The notes beneath the pieces are model-generated. The model was not told the DNA's origin and made no database searches. It saw nothing but the letters and a program-made list of their open reading frames with translations. The translations under genes were made by a program, and so were the position numbers. From Macrostomum hystrix (Eukaryota; Animalia; Platyhelminthes), in contig CATNEN010000030.1 of the NCBI GenBank assembly GCA_950097015.1, positions 2,418,001 to 2,482,000 on the forward strand: a stretch of DNA of 64,000 nt. Reading direction: 5' to 3'. Of this stretch, positions 25,175 to 35,420 are shown piece after piece. Position 1 is the first letter of the stretch. Every line of letters begins with the position of its first letter.

Positions 25175-25717
25175 GTGGCATGCGCTGGCGACTGTCCGTT
25201 GAAGCGAGCCCCCAGTCGAATCTGCCTGCACTGCCGCCAGCCAATGTGCTTGGACAGGGCGTGCCTGCGACGTACCTACGACGACAGGGCTCGCGAAGTA
25301 CCAGACACTCAGCAGCAGCAGCAGCAGCAGAAGATTTCGTCGGCTTTGCTTCCGTCGAAGTTCGGCAAGCCAAGCGATGGCAGCGGGCGGCAGTTACGAC
25401 AGCAGCGTCAGCCAGCCCCGTCAGCCGCCCTTCTGTCCCGGCCGCGCTCACAGCTGCCTACTTGTTCGAGTAGCGCGCAAAGCAAGCGGCTATTAAGATC
25501 GAATGAATTGCGCAGGTGCCGGCCGGCCTCTGTGAACTTCTCGGAGCAGATTCAAGAGCCGGGCGCGGTTGTCTCGGATGTCACTCGGGAGCAGAACCGG
25601 TTCCGGCCCTACGCCGCCAGCCCGGGTGGTAGAAACGCGCTGCTACCAGGCAAGACCCGCGTGTCCATGAGGCGGCACTCACTGACGGCGGGTAGAAGAG
25701 TTTGGTCCGCCGTCTGA
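25175..25717 (+). CDS. Gene C last exon, Cys-rich module plus low-complexity tail
   Basis: Acceptor gtgccgcag| (phase 0) joins CCRGCLQ to VACAGDC..ICLHCRQPMCLDRAC; TGA at 25715. The eight exons total 2301 bp = 767 codons. Confidence 0.75.
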   Translation: MACAGDCPLKRAPSRICLHCRQPMCLDRACLRRTYDDRAREVPDTQQQQQQQKISSALLPSKFGKPSDGSGRQLRQQRQPAPSAALLSRPRSQLPTCSSSAQSKRLLRSNELRRCRPASVNFSEQIQEPGAVVSDVTREQNRFRPYAASPGGRNALLPGKTRVSMRRHSLTAGRRVWSAV

Positions 25718-25844
25718 CCAAAATGACCAGAATTATTCCATTAGCTCATTAGGACTTTAATATTTTCTGCAGTATAACATGCTTTTCCTGCTTTGGGTTG
25801 TAGTAAGACAATGAGTACTGATGAATTTTGTAGTGAAGTGGATG

Positions 25845-26480
25845 TGGAGTGAGATGGGTGTTGAGTGAGTTGGGTGTGGAGTGAGGTGAGTGTTGAAGTA
25901 AGGTGGTTGTAGCGTTAGTTGGGTGTGGAGTGAGGTGAGTGTTGGAGTGAGGTGGGTGTGGAGTGAGGTGAGTGTAGAGGGAGGTGGGTGTTGGAGTAAG
26001 GTGGCTGTGGATTGAGGTGGGTGTTAAGTGAGGTGGGTGTGAAGTGAGGTGGGTGTGGAGTGAGGTGAGTGTTGGAGTGAGGTGGGTGTAGAGGGAGGTG
26101 GGTGTTGGAGTAAGGTGGCTGTGGAGTGAGGTGGGTGGGTGTTAAGTGAGGTGGGTGTGAAGTGAGGTGGGTGTGAAGTGAGTTGGGTGTGGAGTGAGGT
26201 GAGTGTTGGAGTGAGGTGGGTGTGGAGTGAGGTGAGTGTAGAGGGAGGTGGGTGTTGGAGTAATGTGGCTGTGGATTGAGGTGGGTGGGTGTTAAGTGAG
26301 GTGGGTGTGAAGTGAGGTGGGTGTGAAGTGAGGTGGGTGTGGAGTGAGGTGAGTGTTGGAGTGAGGTGGGTGTAGAGGGAGGTGGGTGTTGGAGTAAGGT
26401 GGCTGTGGAGTGAGGTGGGTGGGTGTTAAGTGAGGTAGGTGTGAAGTTAGGTGGGTGTGTGGTGAGGTCTGTGTGAAGTG
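25845..26480. repeat. GT-rich ~16-bp satellite GTGGAGTGAGGTGGGT
   Basis: Visible; same family as 29490-30120. Confidence 0.9.
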
Positions 26481-26939
26481 AGGTTTCTGTTACAAAGCAT
26501 TGTTTCTCAATAACATTTTCCCTGTGAAAAGTTGTGCAGCAGTTTGAATCATTGCTATAAACATTGTCTCTATTCAAAGTAAGGCTGTGGCATGCATTCG
26601 GTCCGTATACTTTTCCAATTTCCTCTGAAGATTTTAAAGAATGTTAATTCAACTGATGGTAAATGCAAGAAGTTTTGCAAATTAATTTTCTATTGTCCCA
26701 TAGTTGGCAGTCTAATAGTCCCATAAAATTGCGGATGCTTTGATTTCTTTGACAAAGGATTGTGCAAATAAAAACTAAAATTATAAAAATAAATGAAATA
26801 ATTGTGCATCAACTGTTGATTGTTGCTGGTAGTAAATGTATTGTGTACGAACTGTGCTAAAATGCTAAAGAATTTATTTACAAACGCTGATTAAGCATTA
26901 ATTTAATATTTTAATAGTTTAATCATTAAATAATTTAAT

Positions 26940-27257
26940 TTAATAATAATAATAATGGTAGTAATAATCTCAAGAGGGCTGCCGGCAATGGCACATCATT
27001 TGGTGACACTAGACCCGCAGCCAGCGAGGAGGCAATTCTGCCCATTTCGCTGACTCCTGAGCACACACGCACACAGACACTGTACGCAGGCACACGCTCA
27101 AATAGGTGTGTTCATCTGCCCTGACTTTCTCATTGTCAGGCAGTGTACACTTTCACCAAGCCCTGGAGCTTGGTCCACAAGGGCGTAAATTGCACGACAA
27201 GTCCCCAATCCTTCTCTCCGCGGCTGCGCCCCAAATTAATGTGGCCTCGTCATGGCC
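26940..27257 (-). mobile_element. SINE family 2 copy, 5' truncated
   Basis: Colinear with 6272-6580; (TAA)n tail at 26935-26965. Confidence 0.8.
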
Positions 27258-27944
27258 ACATCTTATTTTTTGATAATATTTTTCCTGCATTTTATGCCAA
27301 TAAAATGCTAATACAGAGCATTTCAAGCAACAATCAAAACTTTTATTGATTCCGCTGTCGTCACCAAGGATGCCGCTAGAAGCGCGCTTACAAACTTTGC
27401 GGATTTTAATTTATTTTAACAAAATTTAATTATAACAAAAAATTTGGAGTAAGCACTTAGCTTACAAGCTCCTGTTAACTTGCTGATTTAAGTAAATCAA
27501 GTATACAGGACGTACGCCAACTATTTTTATATAGAAATACGAGCTAGTTACTTGTCAAATAAAACCTTAAACACTGATAGATCGATGGAGAGAAATAATA
27601 TTTTAGTTGCAGGGCTGTGTTAAAACGAAAACGTACGAGTACTTACGGGACGCTATTAACTGTGTGCTTTTGTGGACAAAAGGAAACGAAGAACACAAGT
27701 TTGTACTTTAACTGATCAATGCGGCGCTGCGCTTGGGCAGAGGGGTCGGGCGTGGAGAAGCGACAGAAAGTACACAGATAAGATTTATGGATAGGGACTG
27801 ACAGGCAGCTCGCGGTGCTGCTACAACTGCAATGGAAAATACTTCGAAAAAATATTGAATTTACAACGTTTAGAGTTTTAGGGTGAGGCCTTACATTACT
27901 TTTAAAGTCGCATGATTTAAAGCACACATTCAAAGAGATCAGAT

Positions 27945-28885
27945 TTTGAAGGAACTTTCAAAGGAGTGAGATTTTGAGACCCTACTTTCAAAGGGGTGAG
28001 ATTTTGAGACTGCTTTCAAAGGAGTCAGATTCTAAGACTACTTTCAAAGGAGTGAGATTTTGAGACCCTACTTTCAAAGGGGTGAGATTTTGAGACTGCT
28101 TTCAAAGGGGGGAGATTTTGAGACTACTTTCAAAGGGGGGAGATTTTGAGACTACTTTCAAAGGAGTGAGACTTGGAGACTACTTTCAAAGGAGTGAGAC
28201 TTGGAGACTAATTTCAAAGGGGTGAGATTTTGAGACTACTTTCAAAGGGGTGAGATTTGGAGACTACTTTCAAAGGGGTGAGATTTGGAGACTACTTTCA
28301 AAGGAGTGAGATTTTGAGACTACTTTCAAAGGAGTGAGATTTTGAGACTACTTTCAAAGGAGTGAGATTTTGAGACTAATTTCAAAGGAGTGAGATTTTG
28401 AGACTAATTTCAAAGGGGTGAGATTTGGAGACTACTTTCAAAGGAGTGAGACTTGGAGACTACTTTCAAAGGAGTGAGACTTGGAGACTACTTTCAAAGG
28501 AGTGAGATTTTGAGACTAATTTCAAAGGGGTGAGATTTTGAGACTACTTTCAAAATGAGTCAGATTCTAAGACTACTTTCAAAGGAGTGAGATTTTGAGA
28601 CTACTTTCAAAGGGGTGAGATTTTGAGACTACTTTCAAAGGAGTGAGATTCTAAGACTACTTTCAAAGGGGGGAGATTTTGAGACTACTTTCAAAGGAGT
28701 GAGACTTGGAGACTACTTTCAAAGGAGTGAGACTTGGAGACTAATTTCAAAGGGGTGAGATTTTGAGACTACTTTCAAAGGAGTGAGATTCTAAGACTAC
28801 TTTCAAAGGAGTGAGATTTTGAGACTACTTTCAAAGGAGTGAGATCTCATGACTACTTTTAAAGGGGTGAGATTTGAACACTTTT
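27945..28885. repeat. 28-bp minisatellite CTACTTTCAAAGGAGTGAGATTTTGAGA
   Basis: Visible tandem units. Confidence 0.95.
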
Positions 28886-29489
28886 TTTCAATGGGGTGAT
28901 CTTTTTTAGTCCACATTCTTATGGATGAGATTTTGAGACCACCTGCAGAGATTGAGATTCGCAGTCGCAAAGTCGTTAATAAGCAGCAAATTTAAAATGA
29001 ACAACAAAAGCTTACGTGATCGCAACAATGAAATTGTCTTAAGTTTGTCATGGTCAGATAAATCAGAGAGTGGTATGAGAGAGAGAGAGGGAGAGAAAGA
29101 GAGAGTTTGCACGAACGATTAAGCAATAGCCAGGTAAGAATGGCGTTACAAAATAACTCGCACTCTGAAAAGCAATTTCTTTCCATGGGATATTCAATTT
29201 GTACTTCATTATGTTCGCGGGGAAAAAGCGTTTGAAAAATCGCATTTCTGTTTTTAATGTCTTTCTGTTGTACGTGCTAAAATACACGCTTTGAATAATT
29301 AGGAAAATCTTTTGTCAACTTAAATTACGCAAAATGTTCCCTTTGTTTGCTGGGGTGATATTGAAATGTGCATGGCTAATGTCTATGGCTAATTTATCGC
29401 AGATGCAAAGTGGGAAAGCCTGGATTTCAGAAAACCCCTAATTATCTGTAAACACACTTTTAATACTGTAGCCACTTAGAGAACTAGAA

Positions 29490-30120
29490 GTGGAGTGAGG
29501 TGGGTGTGGAGTGAGGTGGGTGTGGAGTGAGGTGGGTGTGGAGTGAGGCGGGTAGAAAAGTTTGGTCCGCCGTCTGACCAAAATGATCAGAATTATTCCA
29601 TTAGCTCATTAGGACTTCTAGATTTTCTGCAGTATAACATGCTTGTCCTGCTTTGGGTTGTAGTAAGACAATGACTGATGAATTTTGTAGTGAAGTGGAT
29701 GTGGAGTGAGGCGGGTGTTGAGTGAGTTGGGTGTGGAGTGAGGTGAGTGTTGGAGTAAGGTGGTTGTAACGTGAGTTGGGTGTGGAGTGGTGTGAGTGTT
29801 GGAGTGAGGTGGGTGTGGAGTGAGGTGGGTGTGGAGTGAGGTGAGTGTTGGAGTAAGGTGGTTGTAGCGTGAGTTGGGTGTGGAGTGATGTGAGTGTTGG
29901 AGTGAGGTGGGTGTGGAGTGAGGTGGGTTTGGAGTGAGGTGGGTGTGGAGTGAGGTGGGTGGGTGTTAAGTGAGGTGGGTGTGAATTGAGGTGGGTGTGG
30001 AGTGAGGTATGTGTGGAGTAAGGTGGTGTGGAGTGAGGTGGGTGTGGAGTGAGGTGGGTGGGTGTTAAGTGAGGTGGGTGTGAAGTGAGGTGGGTGTGGA
30101 GTGAGGTGGGTGTGGAGTGA
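29490..30120. repeat. GT-rich ~16-bp satellite, second block
   Basis: Visible; interrupted by the duplicated gene C end. Confidence 0.9.
29547..29705 (+). repeat. Duplicate of gene C terminal codons and 3' UTR (25687-25850)
   Basis: ggcgggtagaa(a/g)agtttggtccgccgtctgaccaaaatga...gtagtgaagtggatgtggagtgag, offset about 3.86 kb. Confidence 0.9.
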
Positions 30121-30458
30121 CAGCAAACAATCCCTCCTGTAATCTTAATCCTACAATTATTTTAAATGTTTCTTTTTGCACTTACTTTTCCAAATTTCTT
30201 TCACAGATTAACAAGGCAATCACGTTTATAAAAATTTGCTCAAGCACTCCTGTATAGTAGACTGCTAGAATCCAGAATAAGTAATGTAAAACATATTTAT
30301 AAAAAAGCAACATTCCTGCTAAAATAATTCAGGACAACTCAGCAGGCCTTTAGCAAGATGCTTTCCTGCGAAAAAAAGTTCATTAAAAGAGCAGAGAAAA
30401 GAAGAAAGAGAAAAGGGAGAGAAGAAGATGAGACAGCTGAGGAAGAGCAGCAGGAGAC

Positions 30459-30733
30459 CTAACTCGGCTCTCCCTCCTCGCAGGACTTGGACGTGAAGTG
30501 CTTCTTAATAAAGTTGCCAATCATCTTGCGCGGTGACTTCAGCCGCATGGAGGCTCGGAGGCCGCGGCCGTCCTTCTCGCGGCTGATGAGTTTGCTCCTC
30601 TCCTTCTCCATCTTGCGCTGCTGGGTCTTGATCTGGCCCAGGATGCTCACCAGCAGTTCGTCGACGTTGTGATTCAGCGCTGTTGAAATCTCGATGAACT
30701 TTGCGTCGTACACACCGGCGAGGTTCTTGGCAT
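30459..30733 (-). CDS. RGK: RGK GTPase last exon: G5, polybasic helix, C7 motif
   Basis: Acceptor cattcttcag|; KFIEISTALNHNVDELL; ends TSKSCEEGEPS* with Cys seventh from the end, as in RGK proteins. The five exons total 1650 bp = 550 codons. Confidence 0.9.
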
Positions 30734-30837
30734 CTGAAGAATGGGCAGCGTTTTTCTTGCTTTTTGAGACTTCTAGGAGGGTCTGGAGTTCGAAGAGAAA
30801 AATACCTTAGGTAAAGTACCTTTTCCTTTAGTTCTAG

Positions 30838-31095
30838 AAAGCTAGCTACATGGACTGTGCCATAGCTACCAGCGGCCCCCCAGTCCATGGACTCAAAAGC
30901 TAGCTGCATGGACTGTACCATAGCAACCAGCGGCCCCCCAGTCCATGGACGCAAAAGCTTGCTGCATGGACTGTGCCATAGCTAAAAGCGGCCCCCTGTC
31001 CATGGACTCAAAAGCTTGCTGCATGGACTGTGCCATAGCTACAAGCGGCCCCCTGTCCATTGACTCAAAAGCTTGCTGCATGGACTGTGCCTCAG
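30838..31095. repeat. 57/58-bp tandem repeat with internal CATGGAC/GTCCATG inverted repeat
   Basis: CATGG starts at 30849, 30907, 30965, 31022, 31079. Confidence 0.9.
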
Positions 31096-33097
31096 GCTGT
31101 AGATCTTCCAAATGGAAAATAATCAATAGAAGTCGGCTTTCCGACGCACCCCCTTTTCTCCCTTAAGATTAGTCACATGCCAACTTTAGAATTTCTAAAA
31201 ATAGCAACAAAAACTAAATACTCCGCTCGCTGGCCAATCAAATTTTGGAGGCTTTTTTAAGCCGGTAAAGTTTTGTACTACATAAAATATGTATCAAGAG
31301 AAAAGTTTGCTAGGTGAATCGACAAACAGACAGATGGACAGAGTGAGAGAGATCTAGACTGAATGTGCAAGATCTACAGCAGCTCTCTCTAATAGATTAA
31401 TGGGCCTGAATATAAGGCACGGAAGGCCTAATATTAATGGTCTACAAGGGCCATTGGATTTGGGATTTGGGAAGGGGAGATAGAGGGAGAAGGGAGAGCT
31501 TCCTACAGCAGCGTGTTTGATCTCGTCTTCTCTACACCTCAGCATGTAAGTTGTTCCTTGGCGAGACTGAGAGCCGGAGATACAGGGGGAGGGGGACCGA
31601 TTGGCCCCCCAAAGCTTCAAGCTTCATCTATAGGTGGTGTGGGGTGGCGGCCCCAAATGCCATTTCATGACCGTTTGCGATGGCCGGGTCCGACAGCGAG
31701 AAACAAGGGCAGGGACGAGTGCCAGACTGTGAACTTTTCCACTGGCTGGGGCAGCGGCTGCAGCCAAAGCTAAACTAGCCCGTCACCGATGCGTGTTAAG
31801 AGGGCCTGGATAGATTTGGACTGAGTGTCGCAGTCGCAGGCCCTTGTCGCAGGCCCTTGGCTATTTTTCGTTTTTTGTTATTCACGGTGAATGCAGGCAT
31901 CATTGTTCTTATGTACGAGCGAATATTAGTTTTTATCGTTGCTATCAAAATCTAACGTTATGACTGCTGACTTTCGACAATACGAAGATAAAAATGCTTA
32001 AACTTAAACGGCTTAAACGGCTTTAGCGGTAAAAAGTGAGGGTAAGTATTGAAAGGGGGTTAGAAAGGGGATGTAGGATGTAGAAGCAGTATGGGATGAA
32101 ACGATGTAGTTGCTGAGAGTAGAGTAACTGCAATATTAAAAGCGTTTGTACCAACACTGTAGATCGACAGGCAGGCTAGGGCGCGCACTACAAACAGCAG
32201 TGATTTTCTCATTGCCAGTAAGCTACGCCGGGTCACTAGTTGGCAAACAGCTATAGGAAAAAACTCAAGTCCAAATCAAACTAGCCCACACGGGCCCGAT
32301 GCACTGCTAGAAGACACAGCAACTCAAAGCGGAAAACGCAGGAGAGTCAACATTGGATGCCGTGTTTGGAGTGAGTGGCTTGTATTTCAGTTGTATTTCA
32401 AATGCCCACATTTTCTCTTTTCTGTATCTTCCTAAATATTCAACCAATCGCCATGAAAGTCCAGTCTATGCGGGCTACAAGGGGCGAGTGGGTCAGCGGC
32501 TAACGTCGCTGTCTGGCACTCCAAAGGACGCTAGTTCGATTTACCCTTCAAGTCACGATTGATTTCGGGACTTGTTGGGGGTTTGGACAGTAGCGACCGG
32601 CGGAGGTGCACCATATTTCGTGCAATCAAAGCTTGAAATAATAGCTTCGCTCCTACCTTCTGTGTGCCTGTTCTGCGTTGTGTGACTTGTGTGCGTTGGC
32701 GCTGGGGCGTGAGGCCTTGCAGGGGGGTGGCTGGAGGGCGGGTGTACACCGCCGCGCGCTTTCTGGACTTCCGTCAGCGCGATTGGATAAGTGTACTGCA
32801 CTCATCACCCGGCCCCCCCTGAGGACTGATTTCTTATCAGCCTTCCGCCCCGCCCCGGCTTGGTCTGCTATGTGCGTGTGGGGCTGGGGTGGGGGACACT
32901 GCTGCCTATTCTGGGTGCCTCCTGCCCTCCCCGGCTGGTCTGTGCTGCTGTGTGTGGTGCCTGCTCAGGGGAGGCGGCGCGATGGGCGCTAAGCGCCTAG
33001 TTCGCCGGTCTGGGGGCGTGCCGCTCCGTCGCTTGTGCGACAAGTGCCCCGGGCCCCCCTGCAAATAGATAGAGATAGATAGAGATGCGGGCTACAA

Positions 33098-33243
33098 TTT
33101 TTCGCTCTGTCCGTTAAAACAACTTTCAGAATCACAAAACATCGGCATCGTCGAGATATTCAACGGTTTTCGTCCGGGTGTCTGGTAGGCACTAGGCATA
33201 CATTTTCTGCTCACAAAATTTCATTCTGGAACAATGTCGGCTC
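33098..33243. repeat. Dispersed repeat, copy of 2663-2820
   Basis: Colinear diverged match by eye. Confidence 0.7.
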
Positions 33244-33271
33244 CAAAAAATCCAAAGCAGGATTTGAAAAA

Positions 33272-33381
33272 GCGCCTATAGCCTAATGGCTAGAGCGCTA
33301 GGCTAGACTCTACTGATGAGCTCCAAAAAGTGCGAAACGCGTCTGGAGTTGTCTTGGTTCGAATCCTGATTTCAATTTTTT
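33272..33381 (+). ncRNA. tRNA-derived Pol III unit containing type I hammerhead ribozyme (copy 1)
   Basis: A box TAGCCTAATGG 33279-89; CTGATGA 33313-19; stem II GCTC/GTGC (one mismatch); GAAAC-GC-GTC; stem I ACTCTA/TGGAGT; B box GGTTCGAATCC; T6 run. Confidence 0.8.
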
Positions 33382-33995
33382 CTATACATATCGGCATCGA
33401 TTCCAACATTATATTTTTTAAATTCAATGGGCAGTGTCCTCTCTCTCTCCCTCTCTCTCCCTCCCTCTCTCTCTCCCGCTCTCTCTCCCTGCCTCTTTCT
33501 CTCGCTCTCTCTCCCCCTCTCTCTCCCGCTCTCTCTCCCTGCCTCTCTCTCTCCCTCTCTCTCTCCCGCTCTCTCTCCCGCTCTCTGTCGCTCTCTCTCG
33601 CTCTCTCTCCCGCTCTCTCCCGCTCTCTGTCGCTCTCTCTCGCTCTCTCTCGCCTTCTCTCTCTCTGCTTCTCTCCTTCGCTGCTCTCTCTCGCTCTCTC
33701 TCCCGCTCTCTCTCCCGCTCTCTGTCGCTCTCTCTCTCCCTCTCTCCCTCTTTTTCTCTCTCTCTCCCGCTCTCTGTCGCTCTCTCTCCCTCTCTCTACT
33801 GATGAGCTCCAAAAAGAGCGAAACGCGTCTGGAGTTGCCTTGGTTCGAATCCTGAGTTCATTTTTTTCGATACATATCGGAATCGATTCCAACATTAGAT
33901 TTTTGAAATTCAATGGGCAGTGTCCTCTCTCCTCTCTCCCGCTCTCTCTCCCTCTCTCTCTCCCTCTCTGTCGCTCTCTCTCTGTCTCTCTGTTT
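33307..33995 (+). mobile_element. Tandem retrozyme-like repeat: two ~140-bp hammerhead units, each followed by a CT microsatellite
   Basis: Direct repeat 33307-33440 / 33793-33930, period 486 bp. Confidence 0.7.
33794..33836 (+). ncRNA. Type I hammerhead ribozyme (copy 2)
   Basis: CTCTA-CTGATGA-GCTC caaaaa GAGC-GAAAC GC GTC^-TGGAG: perfect stem II, 5-bp stem I, palindromic ACGCGT stem III. Confidence 0.85.
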
Positions 33996-34601
33996 TCAAG
34001 GTTTGCGAGCAGAGAACTTTACGAGCTCTGGGAAGTTATGCTCGTTCGCTTCCCAGAGCACAGGGGAGAGGAGAATTTAAATGGCTTTGCTAGGCTGAGT
34101 CAGGATGTAGGAGTCAGTTTGCTGACGGATTAAAAAGTTTCTCTGTGGCTATGGAAAGATGAGCTTTAGAGCAAACATATGCTTCCCCCCTCCCCCAATG
34201 TACAGCATTTATCAGTGACATTTGGCCCACTAACTTGTAAGGGAATACAGCATGTCAGTAATTTATCAGCAAATGCCCAACTAAAAGTCGAACCCGACCC
34301 GGCTAAATCCCAGAGGACTAGACTGCCGACTCGAATGTCAAGCCAGCTGAAAGCCAAATTCTAATTGGGACTTCGATTTAAAAAGTTAGTTAGAAATCTC
34401 CACCCAATGAAAAGTATATCTCATTCTCCGGCACATGCAACCTTCTAGAACCCTCAGAATAGTTCTCACCTAAAGAGCAATTTATCTATTTGAATCCGAT
34501 AATTAACAAATAAAACTCGTCAAATAAAAAAAATCTTTTTCCTAGAAAATGTTCTGGTTCTAGGAAAGCCGATTTTATCGTAAAATTATTTCCGGATTAG
34601 T

Positions 34602-34893
34602 CCCTGAGCTCGATTCCACATTCTTTTGGGGCGCAGCCGCGGAGAGAAGGCTTGTGTGGCTTGTCATGCAATTTACGCCCTTGAGTTCCAATCTTCAACG
34701 CACAGTGAGAGCGTACACTGCTTGACGATGAAAAAGTAATTACAGGTGAGGTGTACACACCTGCGTGCGTGCCTATTCCTAGTCCTAAAAGTGCGTTTAG
34801 GAGTCAGCGAAATGGGCAGAATTGCCTCTCGCTGGCTGCGGGTCTAGCGTCACCAAATGATGTGCCTGCAGCCCTCCCGCAATTATTATTAAT
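34602..34893 (+). mobile_element. SINE family 2 copy, plus orientation
   Basis: ccctgagctcgattcc...gggcgcagccgcggagagaagg...cagccctcccgcaattattatt is the reverse complement of the 6.3-kb copy. Confidence 0.8.
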
Positions 34894-34987
34894 TATGCAT
34901 GCATCCGACGCAAAACAGTTTTTCCTATTCACAGCGCAAAAAAGCCTTTGTTCAGGAAGCCACATTGCACTAAGTTGGATCACTCAC

Positions 34988-35168
34988 CGTCCCTGGTTAC
35001 TTCCCGGTTCCGCACCAGGTCGGACTTGTTGGCCACAATGATGAGGGCAGCCGATTTCCTGGCCTCGCTAACCAGCTCGTTGAGAATCTGCTTAGCGAAG
35101 TTGAAGGAGCGACGGCTGTCCACTGCGAACACAACCATGTAGGCGTCCACGTCCATCACTATCACGCT
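34988..35168 (-). CDS. RGK: RGK GTPase exon with G4 (NKSD)
   Basis: Acceptor aactgcag|; DAYMVVFAVDSRRSF...IIVANKSDLVRNREV; donor G|GTGAGT (phase 1). Confidence 0.9.
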
Positions 35169-35214
35169 CTGCAGTTTCAGTTGAAGGCATTTTAATCAGC
35201 TCTTTTGAGAATAA

Positions 35215-35420
35215 ACTTCTCGAGTCTAGATGGACTTAAGCACAGGGATCATGATTACGTGAGAGTGAACTCATTCGAGTCTAGATGGACTTGAGCATAG
35301 GGATCATGATTACGTGAGAGTGAACTCATTCGAGTCTAGATGGACTTGAGCATAGGGATCATGATTATGTGAGAGTGAACTCATTCGAGTCTAGATGGAC
35401 TTGGGGATCATGGCCTTGAG
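35215..35420. repeat. 55-bp tandem repeat, about 3.5 copies
   Basis: cgagtctagatggactt at 35221 and 35276 onward. Confidence 0.9.

Noticed and set aside
25818-30600. Other CTGATGA words (9591, about 25820, 29675, 30583, 50533, 60304) as hammerheads
   Set aside because: None is followed by stem II, GAAA and an NUH site with a pairing stem I.
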